A DNA stretch of 63,647 bases, filler included, from Folioceros fuciformis (lineage: Eukaryota), in the NCBI GenBank assembly GCA_049999805.1. It is 4 parts of 4 records of this genome, joined end to end, with 100 filler letters (N's around TTAATTAATTAA, not from the genome) between each part and the next. Parts side by side here need not be neighbours in the genome. Positions count along the whole stretch, not along the records: positions 38,386 to 63,647 come from JBNGIO010005452.1; 3 more parts are not named here. One strand, 5' to 3'. This document shows positions 48,331 to 59,713 of this stretch, in pieces. Every line of letters starts with the position of its first letter. Within the stretch, counting starts at the first letter, position 1. A program made the position numbers and the translations under genes. The notes under the pieces were generated by a model that was not told where the DNA came from, did no database searches, and saw nothing but the letters and a program-made list of their open reading frames with translations.

Positions 48331-49542
48331 TATTGTGAAAAAAAGTGTGAAGTGGGAACCTTGTGATGAAATGAAGGACGTGGTGGTTACTTCAAATCCT
48401 CCAAGATGGAAATGGGGGTTGCATGAGATTTGAGGGTTGAATGTGAAGTACCATTAATGTACGGATTGTGGTCTTGTACTTTGTGAACTAGTAACTATCG
48501 AACCCGGAGAAGAGCGGAGTCACGTCTCTTCGAACTACGGAGGCCGAATGACTTGGAGGACTAGACCAGACCACATGGACATAATTGTCAGAGATGCTCG
48601 CCGGGTCCATCTCTTCAAGGCTGGGTTTCCTGCTGAGGATTGTCCTCAACAGTCCTACCGATGTCGGTCTTCTCCACATTGTCTGAAGGATTTCAGCACA
48701 ACTGTGCAGCTGGAGGCTGGAGCGCTCGCACAAGATGCCAAGTAGGTGCGAATTTTTTGTTGTACCTTTGTATTATCCCAGTGCCCTTAGCAACTTGGTT
48801 GCCGTTTCTTGTTTCCGAAACTAAGTCAGACGGACAGGTGCAGTTGGAATTCGGTGAATTGTACAGATTTTGATGTAGCCCCGTGTGGTGTGATTGGAAA
48901 TGCAGATAAACAATCTTGGGTGCCTTGAAGTGATCCGTAGGCTCCTTCTTTTGTCGCCCCCGGCACGCTGTGTCTGAGGTGGTTTAAGGCGGCTGTGGTG
49001 GCATCAGGTGGTGCTGCACTGGATAACGACCACAGTGTCTTTGTTGGAGGGGACGTGTGGGGTTTGTGCAGCTTGAGGAGAGAAGATATCGATAGGTCGA
49101 TGTTCCATCAACTAAATTTCACGTTAGATGCTCAGATTGTGGGAGCTGACGTATGACCAACTCTTATGATGGCCTTGACTGCGTTTGCTTTCGTCGCGTG
49201 CAGCAGCGCAATGTTCGAAAGAGCCTGATTATATCTGAACATGAAGAATCTGGTGGGTTTTGCGTTTGGCGAAGATTAAGGAGTTTGTTTATGGACGGAG
49301 CGCAAAGTCTTGAGGAGATTCGGGAGACTGGAATTTTGAGAAAACAGTCAGATTTTAATTGGGAACAATTGGGAATAGCAAAAATGACGCCATTCAGAGG
49401 GTTCCCATTTAGGCATTTTTATTTTTGTGAAAAATAAAAAATAAAAAACAAATAAATTAAAATTTTGAAAGACTTTAAAAGCTTCCAAAAAAATCCAAAA
49501 TGCTCCCTCGTACTACATAGCTGCCAACCTAACTACCAACCT

Positions 49543-49643
49543 AATTCTAGTTTGTTGGGTTAAAATAAATTCTAGTTTACTGGGTTAAAATAAATTCTAG
49601 TTTGCCGGGTTAAAATAAATTCTAGTTTGCCGAGTTAAAATAA
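49543..49643. repeat. Tandem repeat, 25-bp unit x4 (AATTCTAGTTTGYYGGGTTAAAATA)
   Basis: Read directly from the sequence. Confidence 0.9.
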
Positions 49644-49699
49644 TTATTAATCCTTGGTTGATGTTGAGTTGCTTTCATTCAATAACTAGCAATATGTTT

Positions 49700-51157
49700 T
49701 TCTAATTGAGAATACAACTTCAAAGCATCAAGAGTGTTATGTGGCATCTCTTCCAAAAACATCTTCGCTATCCTCATAGCATTATCTACAACATCCTTTG
49801 TCGTAAGCGATCTCTCCTCATAGCATTATCTACAGCATCCTTTGTCGTAAGCGGTCTTAGCGCTATGGTCTCCATTGATGCTGTATCATTCTCCTCACCC
49901 TCCTCATTGACAGGCGGAGGGATTAATGCTTGCCATATTTTGTCCTCTGTAGGAACATACATAGTCTCCAATCCTTATCCCCCTCAAACTTCAGATACTC
50001 TTCAGCTATCATCGTTGTATATCCAACATCAGCAATTCTTGTCATATCCTCACATGTTAATAATGCTAAGCTTTGCATGGACTGTTGTAGCTCTTCTACC
50101 TGCGTTTCCAACGAATTAGAGTGATTTTGAGGATCCGACAATGGATCCTCTAAATCATATGGATCATATGGTTTAGATCCAAAGACTCACGGAACCGAGC
50201 ATCTTATGCACACAATTCCACATCCAAAGTGCTATGCCTCCAACAATTACATATGGTATGAGGACTCACAAATGAAGTCCAAGCTTTTACCAATATAATC
50301 ACTGCTTGATAGTCACGATACAACTTGATGCACTCACGAAGCAAGTCATTTGAAATTGTGGCACCTTGAGCTTGGATTGCAAGCTCAAGGATTGAAGTAC
50401 ATGGTCAACCTGTGGGCATATGATTGGTCTATCCCTCATTCCTGTCATATTAGTTGTTGGACCAATGGAGGGTCCAATCATTTGTCTTTGTCATTCACAA
50501 TCCTAGACAATGCACTTTTAGAAACTACTATTGAAAACTTCTATGTTGTCCATCTAGTCAACTCCTTAAGTGTGCAAGGGTGTTGGATATAATATTCGCA
50601 AACCTTTCTTTTGTTGCTTTGTTAGGGTAGCATGCTTGTGCAGCAGCTTGGGCGGCATTGTTCCCACACGTCAAAGAACATTCAATAGGTAAGGAACACA
50701 TATAAAATATCTCACAACAAGACAACAACTTACAAGACCATAATACAACTTACAACACCATAACACAACTTGTACAATGAAACAACTTATGTACTAGGAA
50801 CAATGCTTCTAATCACAAAGCATAGTGTATAAAACTACTATATATGTAGGCCCAATCTCGATGACTGTCTATGTTTTATGATATAATTTCGATAGCCTTT
50901 AACTTAACATAATCTTAATAACTCATGATTTAATCTTGATAAGACAATTTCCTCAATTTTTTTAATTGTTTGTTTTCATATGTATTTTCCCTTTTATAGA
51001 GGTGTACTTGCATTGAATGTTTGGGAGACATGTTCTCATTTACAAATTAGAGGGGTTTCCCATTTAGCATGTAGCACATTCGAGGGAGTAAGCCCGGGCG
51101 TCCCATTTAAAGAGGGTTCCCATTTATAGGGGTCCCAATTAGAGGGATTTGAATGTA
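49700..51157 (-). mobile_element. Probable pogo/Tigger-like (DDE_1) transposon remnant
   Basis: Minus strand gives VKAW...VSPHTICNCWRHS and a tail (EDKIWQALIPPPVNEE) resembling the 17246 ORF. Subterminal CCCATTTA repeats and a ...TTGAATG-TA end lie near 51050-51157. Confidence 0.5.
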
Positions 51158-52599
51158 TTTGGAATGTCGTCCGAATATGTAGTCTTAACCTCTTCCGAAA
51201 TGCCGTACATATGTCTCAAATTCGAATGTGATGCTTAGTAGATCTAGTTAGTGGCCGCGCTGGTCTCCCAGGCATCTTGGCCACGTCGTGGTGTGAGACT
51301 TTGAAACCTGCTCATTTGGTCGTCTATAGCCCTAAATCTGGACGGCCTCCCCCCATAGTAGCTGCAGCTGCTCGTGGTAGCTGAAATGAGTCCTTCCAGT
51401 TGAGTACCCGCCGATCGTCTCCATGGAATCCGGAATGCGTGTCTGGCCGATTATGAACTCTTCGGCCTGTCTTCAGCTCTTGTTCCTCCCGCCTCTCTTC
51501 TCCTGGCCTGGGAGGTGCAGGAGGAGAGAGGCGTGGAACTAGGCATTGCAGTAAGATTTTGGAAGTGCTGGTGGAAGTGAACACCGTGGAAGTGCGCACC
51601 GTGGAAGGCATCACGGGATGCTTTAAATGTGTCGTAGCATCGCAACTTCCAATCCCCGTGAAAAACTGTCGTACATCCATACATACATACAGAAGTCTGA
51701 AACATCTCGCTCCAGTAACATTAAATCAAGTTCTATGGCAGTCCAATAAACAAGCAACACAACACTTGCTGCTTGCAGAATCGCAAGGAAGTGATTTAAA
51801 CTGATACTTGGTGGAATTGGATTCCAACACACAAGCAAGCCAACCAAGGCTTCTTCCAAATCATGGCAAACTGCTGTCTTGTAGTGTCAGATTCCAACAA
51901 CAGAAGCATGGCTACTACGTCTTCAAAGGGCACAAGGAAGAAACTGCGTCCCGGATTGAAATTCACCACACAAGTAGCCACCGACGATTCCAAAGCACAA
52001 GGAAGAAACTCATGGTGTTCTCCGGATCCGGGACATGGATAGGGTGAGCAATGACACCATGGAGACGGGTCATTGAGTTTTGCGAGTACCACGTTACGGC
52101 AAAGCTTCGTCGGAAGGACGAACACAGACAGTGGTTTCATATGGAAGCACCAGGGCTTTTGGGCCATTGTTTGTGAAATTGACTTTGGCATAAATGAACA
52201 TGCAGTCGACATGCCTACTCCTTGCCTCCTCCATCACCTGCATAGTCTAGTGCCCTTCACAACCTTCTACAGTGCGGGGCTTTTTAATCTTCTTCGCCTT
52301 ATACACCTAACTAAGCATGCGCAGCATCACCTATGGATATTTGGCCTAGATCATATGGTTGGAGGCAATGGAATCCCATCACTTAGAATTTCTAAGGGGA
52401 GAAACCAATCTATCTTCCCGTCTGCTTGTCAGCCATGATTTGCGCATCTGCATAATTGCCCGGAAGAAGAGGTCATTTGGAGGATCGCAGCTCGTCGTGG
52501 CAGCCACCTCTAGCATATACTGTCTGAGTTGTGAGTCCATCCATTCTTCTTGCACTGAGTTCTCTATTTCCTAGTATTCTTGAACAGTTGCTTGCTCGA

Positions 52600-52952
52600 G
52601 GGCTGCAATAGCCTGGTGTACATCTTCTATCTCGGTGTCCAGAATACAGTTGAAGGATCGCTCCAGGAGTTACATGGTGAAGGAGGAGAGGAGGAGACAA
52701 GGAGACAAGGAGGAGAGGAGAAAGAGAGGTCACACTCTCACAATGAGTCTCAATAGCAAGGGAGCTCAAGGGGGTATTTATACTCTCTAGAAGAGCTCCC
52801 TAGGAAGCTTCACAAGAAGCGCACAGGAAGCTGCACGAGAAGCTTCCTATAGATTAGCTTATGCTAATCTAAACTAATGGTACTTAACTAGACACTAATA
52901 TTAGACTAAACACATTAGTCTAAGCACATTGGGCTTTATTAACCCTACAACA
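52600..52952 (-). mobile_element. LTR fragment starting TGTTGTAGGG at 52952; left boundary uncertain
   Basis: TG start, TATAAATA box and similarity to 10194-10330. Confidence 0.6.
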
Positions 52953-53924
52953 GTAAGCTTGATTCTTGATGTAGAGATCTCCACACCCTCGTTATCGTTG
53001 AACAATTCAACTTTGCTTGCCACCAATGGGTATCAACAGGTCAAGGCAATGTTCAGGTAATATCATCCGCAAGGCACTAAGTATGTCTTGATGCTCAACA
53101 GTAGAGCCACAAATGTGATTATTCCCAACCCAAACTCAGAACTTTCACATCCTACATAGTAGAACAAACTCTACCATAGAGAGGGAGGACCATGAAGATT
53201 ATTACTTTCACCACCAAAAAAGTATAAGTTTAAGTAATCTCAAGTTATATGCATATAACTTGAGATTGGCATAATCTGAGGTTGTTGGTAAGCCAACATT
53301 TATGTCTTGATTCATTATTAGCTTTATGAAATGGATGTGTTACTACATATATATTGTTAAATTTAAATATCAAGACTTACTATCTTTTAGAAAGCTATAA
53401 ATGTATGCTTATACTACTAGTTTTAATGTATGGAGTGCAAGACTTCTTCATTCTTTTAAACGTACATTGAGACTACATACGTTGTCCATAGATCATAGTT
53501 AGTGTGATTTTTTGTGCCTTAAGCTTGCCAGCCCCATTGAGGCCAGATATGACATCATTCCTCTCTTCTGGTCCCCACAGTTTTGCGTACATGCCCACCA
53601 GGCAGGTGACAGCCATATATGTGTACCATAGCTGAGCTATCTGAATACAAACTGAAGGCCAACCTTTCTATGAACCCACACCTTAGAACTATAAACCCAT
53701 AGTTTAGAACTATGAACCCATAGTCATAACTATGAAACCACATTTTAGAACGGCATATAGCCTGTCTCATTCCAATACGCAGTCTGACTATTCTCCCTTT
53801 GGCAGGCATCATATATATTTTCGAGTTACGTGGATACTGGGATTTGAAGCAATCCAGAAGGACAGTCCGATTCAGAGGAAAAAAGACCAAAGGACGGGAT
53901 GACAATGAATGGGTTAGGAGCCTA

Positions 53925-54455
53925 GCTGAGCTGAGCTGAGGTGGTGGGATTCGACGCTCCACAAATCTACCTTCCATGTGAAGGAAGGCATCTCTCCTGC
54001 ACGGAGCAGTGGAGCAACAGTCATGTTCTGTCCTGTTGTGACAAGTGGGGGGAGAGAAGGAAGGCTTGGTGTCTTGTCTAGCCTTGTCTGGTCTCCCAAT
54101 CCATTCTGTTGTGTGTGAGCTTTTGCCCTTGCTACAAAGCAGGTCAGGTCAGGTTATGCAGACAAGCATTCTTCATGTTTGCTCGTATTGGGAAGCCCAG
54201 CCCAGCTCTGCATAGCACATCACGGCATGGAGGGACTGAAGAAGCCTGTACCTGCTGGATAGCCCGGATCCCTAAAATCATCCCAAGGCACCCAATGCAC
54301 ATGACCGCAGGAGCGATTGATGCAATCCCTGACCCTATCCCCATCCGCCAACCTTCTGCTCAAACCACCCGCCGGAAAAGCTGCAACAGCTGCTGGAAGA
54401 TCTGGCAGGGCACCGCCTTGACCCACCTCCCCGCCTTGCAAGCAAAGGAGTACGG
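53925..54455 (+). pseudogene. Relic promoter/5' end of another TRN1-like/caspase paralog
   Basis: Matches 58766-58980 and 59617-59825, including CCGGAAAAGCTGCAACAGCTGCTGG (PEKLQQLL) and ALTHLPALQAKEYG versus ALTKLPDLDGEEYG. Confidence 0.8.
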
Positions 54456-55020
54456 GAGAAGTAACTTGTTCTTCCCGGGATCCTTCAGGATGTCAAGGGG
54501 AATTGTGAACGGGGTGTATCTCGGTGTTGGTAGGCAGGGGTTTCATCAGCCGGGCTGTGCAACTCGTTTCGGCTTGTTGAATAGTAATGTGCAAGGCGCC
54601 GCTCTGACCAGTTCTCCCAGCTTCATGGCCATTCCCACCTGCCAGAGCGCGCGTCGACACCAGCAAGGCGCACCAGGAGCATTGAACAACTGGACGCCAC
54701 GGGAAGCCGGGCGACCATACGGTGACCGGAGGCGCCGGGGGGAGTGGGACCCCTTGGTAACCGGATGCACCGATCATCTCAAGCCCTATTCTCGTCATCG
54801 TCGGGGAGAGTGATCGCCATGCAGCTGCGGGATAGGGTAGGAGGGGAATGACTTGCATCGTATGAGTTGCAGAAGAAGAAACAACGAGGACAAGGATGGA
54901 ATCCATTTATGGAGATCCTTGCCCTACATGTTGTCCGTCAACCGTACATCTAAGCTGATTTTTTTGACTCAGATCACTTGATCCGATTTGGTGGTCTCCC
55001 CTTTGTTTGGACGCGCAGTG

Positions 55021-56402
55021 ATGCCGTGTCTGCAAGATTTCATCGCAAGTATGTGATATTCTTACTGAAAGATGTTTTCCTCCGATTTCAGCCGTTGCTG
55101 TATTGCAAGCCTTACGTTTCTGATGTCTCCCAAAACCCTAAGACTTGAGCCATGTCTATATTACGTGTTGTCCTCGAGCCGTTTCTGTTGTAAGCTTGAA
55201 CGTCAATCCCTCGCGGTTCTGATGAAACTATTTCGGCAGGTTTGGGAGGGCTGCCTGCACATCTTCAGAAGCAGTATGGTCTCCTCGGACAATTGGACCT
55301 GCAGTTCCAAGGTGATGGACCAGTTTTTTAGCCACTTGGATTCTGGTGCCAATTCGCATCAACCAGTTAGTTGTTTGGCATCATAATTCATCAACCATTT
55401 TGTAACATGCTTTTCGCGGCATTTTTTTCAGAGGATGAGAAGGCAATGCTGGAAAAGTGTGTTCAGGGGGACAAGGAAGTCACAGAAACAGCACGGAAGT
55501 CTGGTGGTTCCGGACTGGAAGTTCTTGTTCGAAGGCACACTGCAGGCATTGTAGAAGTCCACAGGGGACCTCTCGAGGTTGCTGATTACAAAGCGACCTT
55601 GGCACAGCAGACTTATGATGTGTTCTGTGTTCCATGTATGTTTCTGTGATTCACTGGGTGCAAGGCTTACAGTTTTTCGGACCGTCTTATGGTTTATCTG
55701 TACTGCAAGACTGATGACATATGGTCCCTTGTGCAGGTTGACTGCCTCATTCAGCGGCTTGATAAGGACCTGAAGAAGTTTGAGGAGGAGCTGAGGAGAG
55801 GTTTGACATCGAAGCCAGCATTCTGAGTTCCTCTTTTTCTTACTCAGTTTCGGTTATAACCTGTCCATCTTCTTGCGCAGAGCAAGTTCAGATTGGGGGC
55901 CAAGGAATTGCAGCAGGGTCAGAGATTCTCATTCAAGAGGAATCAGGGAGGAAAAAGTACGCACTCAAGACCACCACTTTGTTTCAAAGCGTCCATTCCC
56001 TCCTGCAGTTCTCTTTCAGCATGTCGCATCCTGCTTAATTTGCTGTCTGCAGCAGAGGGCAGTACACTGTTCCTGCTGCCCCACGAGTGGAGACGGATCT
56101 ACCAGTGCATCCAAACGAGCCAACGTACTGCTACTGCAACCAGGTCTCGTTTGGTGAAATGATAGCTTTGCGACAATTCAGAGGTGCACATTCTTCCCTC
56201 CCTAGCTAAGTTGCTGACACCACTCCAGTTCTTCCCTGCCACTTCTTTCTCAATGCCTTTTACTCATCACACTGTTGCACTTGGACATCAGTGCCCGATA
56301 GAGTGGTTCCACTTCGACTGTGTCGGCATCACTGCCCGGCCAAGAGGCAAATGGTACTGCACCGACTGCTCTACAGTGATGAAGAAACGACGAGTGAAGT
56401 AA
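55021..56402 (+). CDS. ING1: PHD finger protein ING1-like (multi-exon; apparent 1-bp frameshift inside the PHD)
   Basis: [62 protein letters not shown] and [12 protein letters not shown]...GKWYCTDC. Confidence 0.87.
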
Positions 56403-56789
56403 CGGACAAAAAGAAGGGAGGCATTCCTGCAGGAGGCACAGCACTTTCGCAACAGAATATGAACCACTTCCTCGCTTCATCGGTTTGTTCCGTTGTGTAC
56501 ATATTTCCCGAGTTTCCGAGCTGCTCTGTGCTACGCTCCGGATTTGGACTCTGGGTATGGGTCCCTTGCCTGGGCCCTACGGCACCGAGGATATCAAACG
56601 CAAGTAAAAGTAAAATGCCAGGGCAACTGGGCGCAAGAATACGCTAGCAACCACTCTTTGTACGTATTTGTTTGATGTTCCATTAGCAGATGGATTAGTC
56701 AGTTAACCACTTATTCCAGCAACGGTTAGCTGGTGAGTTTGAAGCCATTCTGTTCATGCCTCGTCCTGGCACGGGCCAGCCCCCGCGCT

Positions 56790-57140
56790 TCTGCAACTGA
56801 TAAGCCTTGCAGCCACAACCAAAAGCTTCCTGGACAGGTCAGTATGTCCCTCAGCAAGTGCAGATTTTGCAGTGTGTAGAACAGAAGGAGACAGGCGGTC
56901 AAGAAGCTGTTCTTGGCGCCAACCTGTAACCAAGCTTGACCCGTTTACACACCTGCCCCTGTTTCCCCTTGCTTCCAACCATCGCCTGTACCTCGCTGAT
57001 CCATGGAACTTGCTGTAGTAAAAGTGCAGAACATCCTGCATGCATGGCCTTCTGCCCAACAAATATCTTCACCATATGGAAGTCCTTGCCAAAGAGATAC
57101 AGGCCCACTGTAAAAGCCTTGATGGGAACATTCCTATCAC
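56790..57140 (-). pseudogene. Fragment of a plant SANT-domain protein gene (resembles the Arabidopsis At2g47820/At1g09040 group as I recall it)
   Basis: GLYLFGKDFHMVKIFVG | MQDVLHFYYSKFHGSARYRRW...TGWRQEQLLDRL, with a frameshift at a TGCA duplication near 57040. Confidence 0.75.
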
Positions 57141-57145
57141 GCTAC

Positions 57146-57764
57146 TTAGGCTTGTGGTTTTACATTTTACCTATTTTACGTTTTATATTACCAGTCTAAA
57201 GTACGATGTAAAGTACTGGATCTGCTGAGTCGAGAACGTGTTTTTTTATTACACTTAAATTACAACAAAATACAAGGTTACACCTGTAAAGTTGGTAAAA
57301 TTACATGGCATGTATAAATTTATACACCATTCGTAATTTACAGTGTATATGTAATATAACTATAAAATATATAAATATACATAAAAAAGTAAATATATAT
57401 AATATATTTGTAACATGTATCTTCGGGGCACTGTAAAGTGCACAAGAACTAACGGTTCTCATCAAAATAGATGCGGAACACGCCACCGAGATTGGAAAAG
57501 TGCACCAGGAAAAACTGAGTGTGTTTGCAGTAACGCTTATTGGATTGTATTTTATAGTAATTACAAAGTTAAAATTTATTGTAAATTGTATTTTTATTCT
57601 ACATACATATATAATTTTATAATATATGATGTAATTATATGATATATAATTATATTTGTTTACTGTAAAATGTAAGTGTAAAATAAGATTTTACCTTATA
57701 ATAGTAATTACACTAGTAATTACCACCCAAAAATGGGTCTTACCCGTAATACCCACAAGCCTAA
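57146..57764. mobile_element. MITE / non-autonomous TIR element (hAT-like)
   Basis: Perfect 12-bp TIR TTAGGCTTGTGG...CCACAAGCCTAA, GCTAC duplicated on both flanks, AT-rich interior. Confidence 0.85.
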
Positions 57765-59264
57765 GCTACTGCGCAAGGAAGATGACGATGACGAGGTCGG
57801 TTGTGGAATTTTCCTTTGAACAACAATCTATTCATTTATGCGCGACAGCGGCCATGAGTGGTGTCTTAAAAAAGAACTCTGACACCTTCCCGCTGTGCTC
57901 TGTGGTATGCCATACCGGTGACTGAAATGCGTCAGGTGCATTTCGAGCCTGAAGAGCTTGCCAGTGCCAGTGCCACACAAGTAATGCAGGGGAAAGCGTG
58001 CGCGCATCTGCCTAGTTTGAACAACGGTCGCCTCGCAGCCCTTGTGTTGCTTGTTCATGGTTTGATCTTTCGGCTTGCTTTGAGGGTGACCAAGGGCACG
58101 TCAGGCAGTGTGGGACAAATTCATTGCGGAAAGCACTCACTACTTGCAAGGAATGGTGCTCTGGTGGTGGCTGAGGATTAGCTGTTGAATTCGAGAGCAC
58201 CCAGGCACGGACTGCCACACAGCCAAACGCGAGACATGGTGACAACCCTATCTCACCACTCAGGTGCAATCCGAGTGACTCGCTGATCGGACTTGGCACG
58301 AGAACAAGACTTGGGCAACACTGCCGGCAGGGCACCAAGCAGGCGGGGCAAGACTTTGCGTCCAGCGCCAACAAAAGCAGGCAAGACGCGAGCTCTCAGA
58401 GGAAGGGTTTCCCAGCGCGCGGTCACACTAGCCCACTTTGCTTAGCTCACCTTTTCTTCTACCCTTCTCGGCTTTTTAGTCAAACCAGCCAACAACCGCA
58501 AGATCGTGACGCATTTACTGCATTTTGAACTTAGAAAAATATTTTAAGGCTACGAACTTTAAATACATATTTATTTTCTGTCATTCCTAATTTCAAATAC
58601 CTACATTATATATATATATATATATATCATACACAATTATTCATTCAAAATAAATTCACGAAATTTGGCCCTTGCGCGCTTGGACCGGACAAACCGCGTT
58701 CCCCCTGATAAGTCCAAAGGAAGGGTCATGACCATGACTGGGCTAGGAACCTTGCTGACCAGTGAGAGCTGAGCTGAGCTGACCTGAGCTGAGGTGGGTC
58801 CTAGCGCCCACAAAGCTGCTGTGCTGTACCTGCCTTCCATGTAAAGGAAGGCATCTTTGGTGCATGTGGTGTTGTAACAAGTAGGGGGTAGGGGCGACAG
58901 AATTGGAAGGAGGGTTGGAAGCAGCAGCTGAGAAAAGTTCAGCCTTGGGTGTCCTGTCGTGTGGTGTCGTGTCTTGTCCACGATGCTGGGCGGCCCAGTG
59001 AGTCCACAACACCTAGGTAGGTGTGCTTTGATAAACGACTGAGCCCGCACAAGTACAGTATGTATGGAGGAGGAATATCCACCGGTCACAGACAAAGCCA
59101 CAGACACAGAGAGAGAGAAAGCGTGGGAAAGGGGAAAAGCCAAGCACAAGCACAAGCACGCTCACACGTTGATGAGTGGAGGGAGAGCGAGTGAGACCTG
59201 GCAGCTCTTTTGCCGGCTACCACACAACCCTCTCATCTCGGACATTCAAGAGACCTTGTATGGT

Positions 59265-59640
59265 GTCCCTATCCTTATCCAGTGTGTGTGCTGTGAGGTT
59301 GTTGTCCCCTAGCCTATCCGTGTCTGGTGTTCCAATCGGGATCTTCCTCAAGTGTGTATGATGTGAGGTTGTGGTCCCCTAGCCCATCCGTGTCTGGTGT
59401 TCCAATCGGGATCTTCCTCGAGTGTGCGTGTCCTGTGAGATTGATGTCACCGTCCCCTAGCCTATCCTTGTGTGGCCTGCCAATCCTCCTCGAGTGTGTT
59501 TTGGTAGGTTGCTGGCTGCTGGCCTATCCTCGTCTGGTGTCCCAACACTCCGCGCGTGTGTGCTTGTGAGTTGGCTGTCCCGTAGCCTGTCCTTGTCTGG
59601 TGTCGCAATCCTCGAGTGTGTGCTTTGAGGTTGCTGCCCC
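59265..59640. repeat. Degenerate tandem repeat, ~70-bp unit x5-6
   Basis: GTGTG...GTGAGGTTG...TCCCCTAGCCTATCCGTGTCTGGTGTTCCAATCGGGATCTTCCTC recurs. Confidence 0.8.
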
Positions 59641-59713
59641 TGCTACAAAACGGATGATACATACAATCCGTTCATCATATTTGCTTGCATTGGGAAGCGC
59701 AGCTTAGCACAGC

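Noticed and set aside
54109-54813. 234-aa ORF as a novel gene
   Set aside because: It is a chance read-through across a relic 5' end and a duplicated block, partly in the wrong frame relative to the parent gene.
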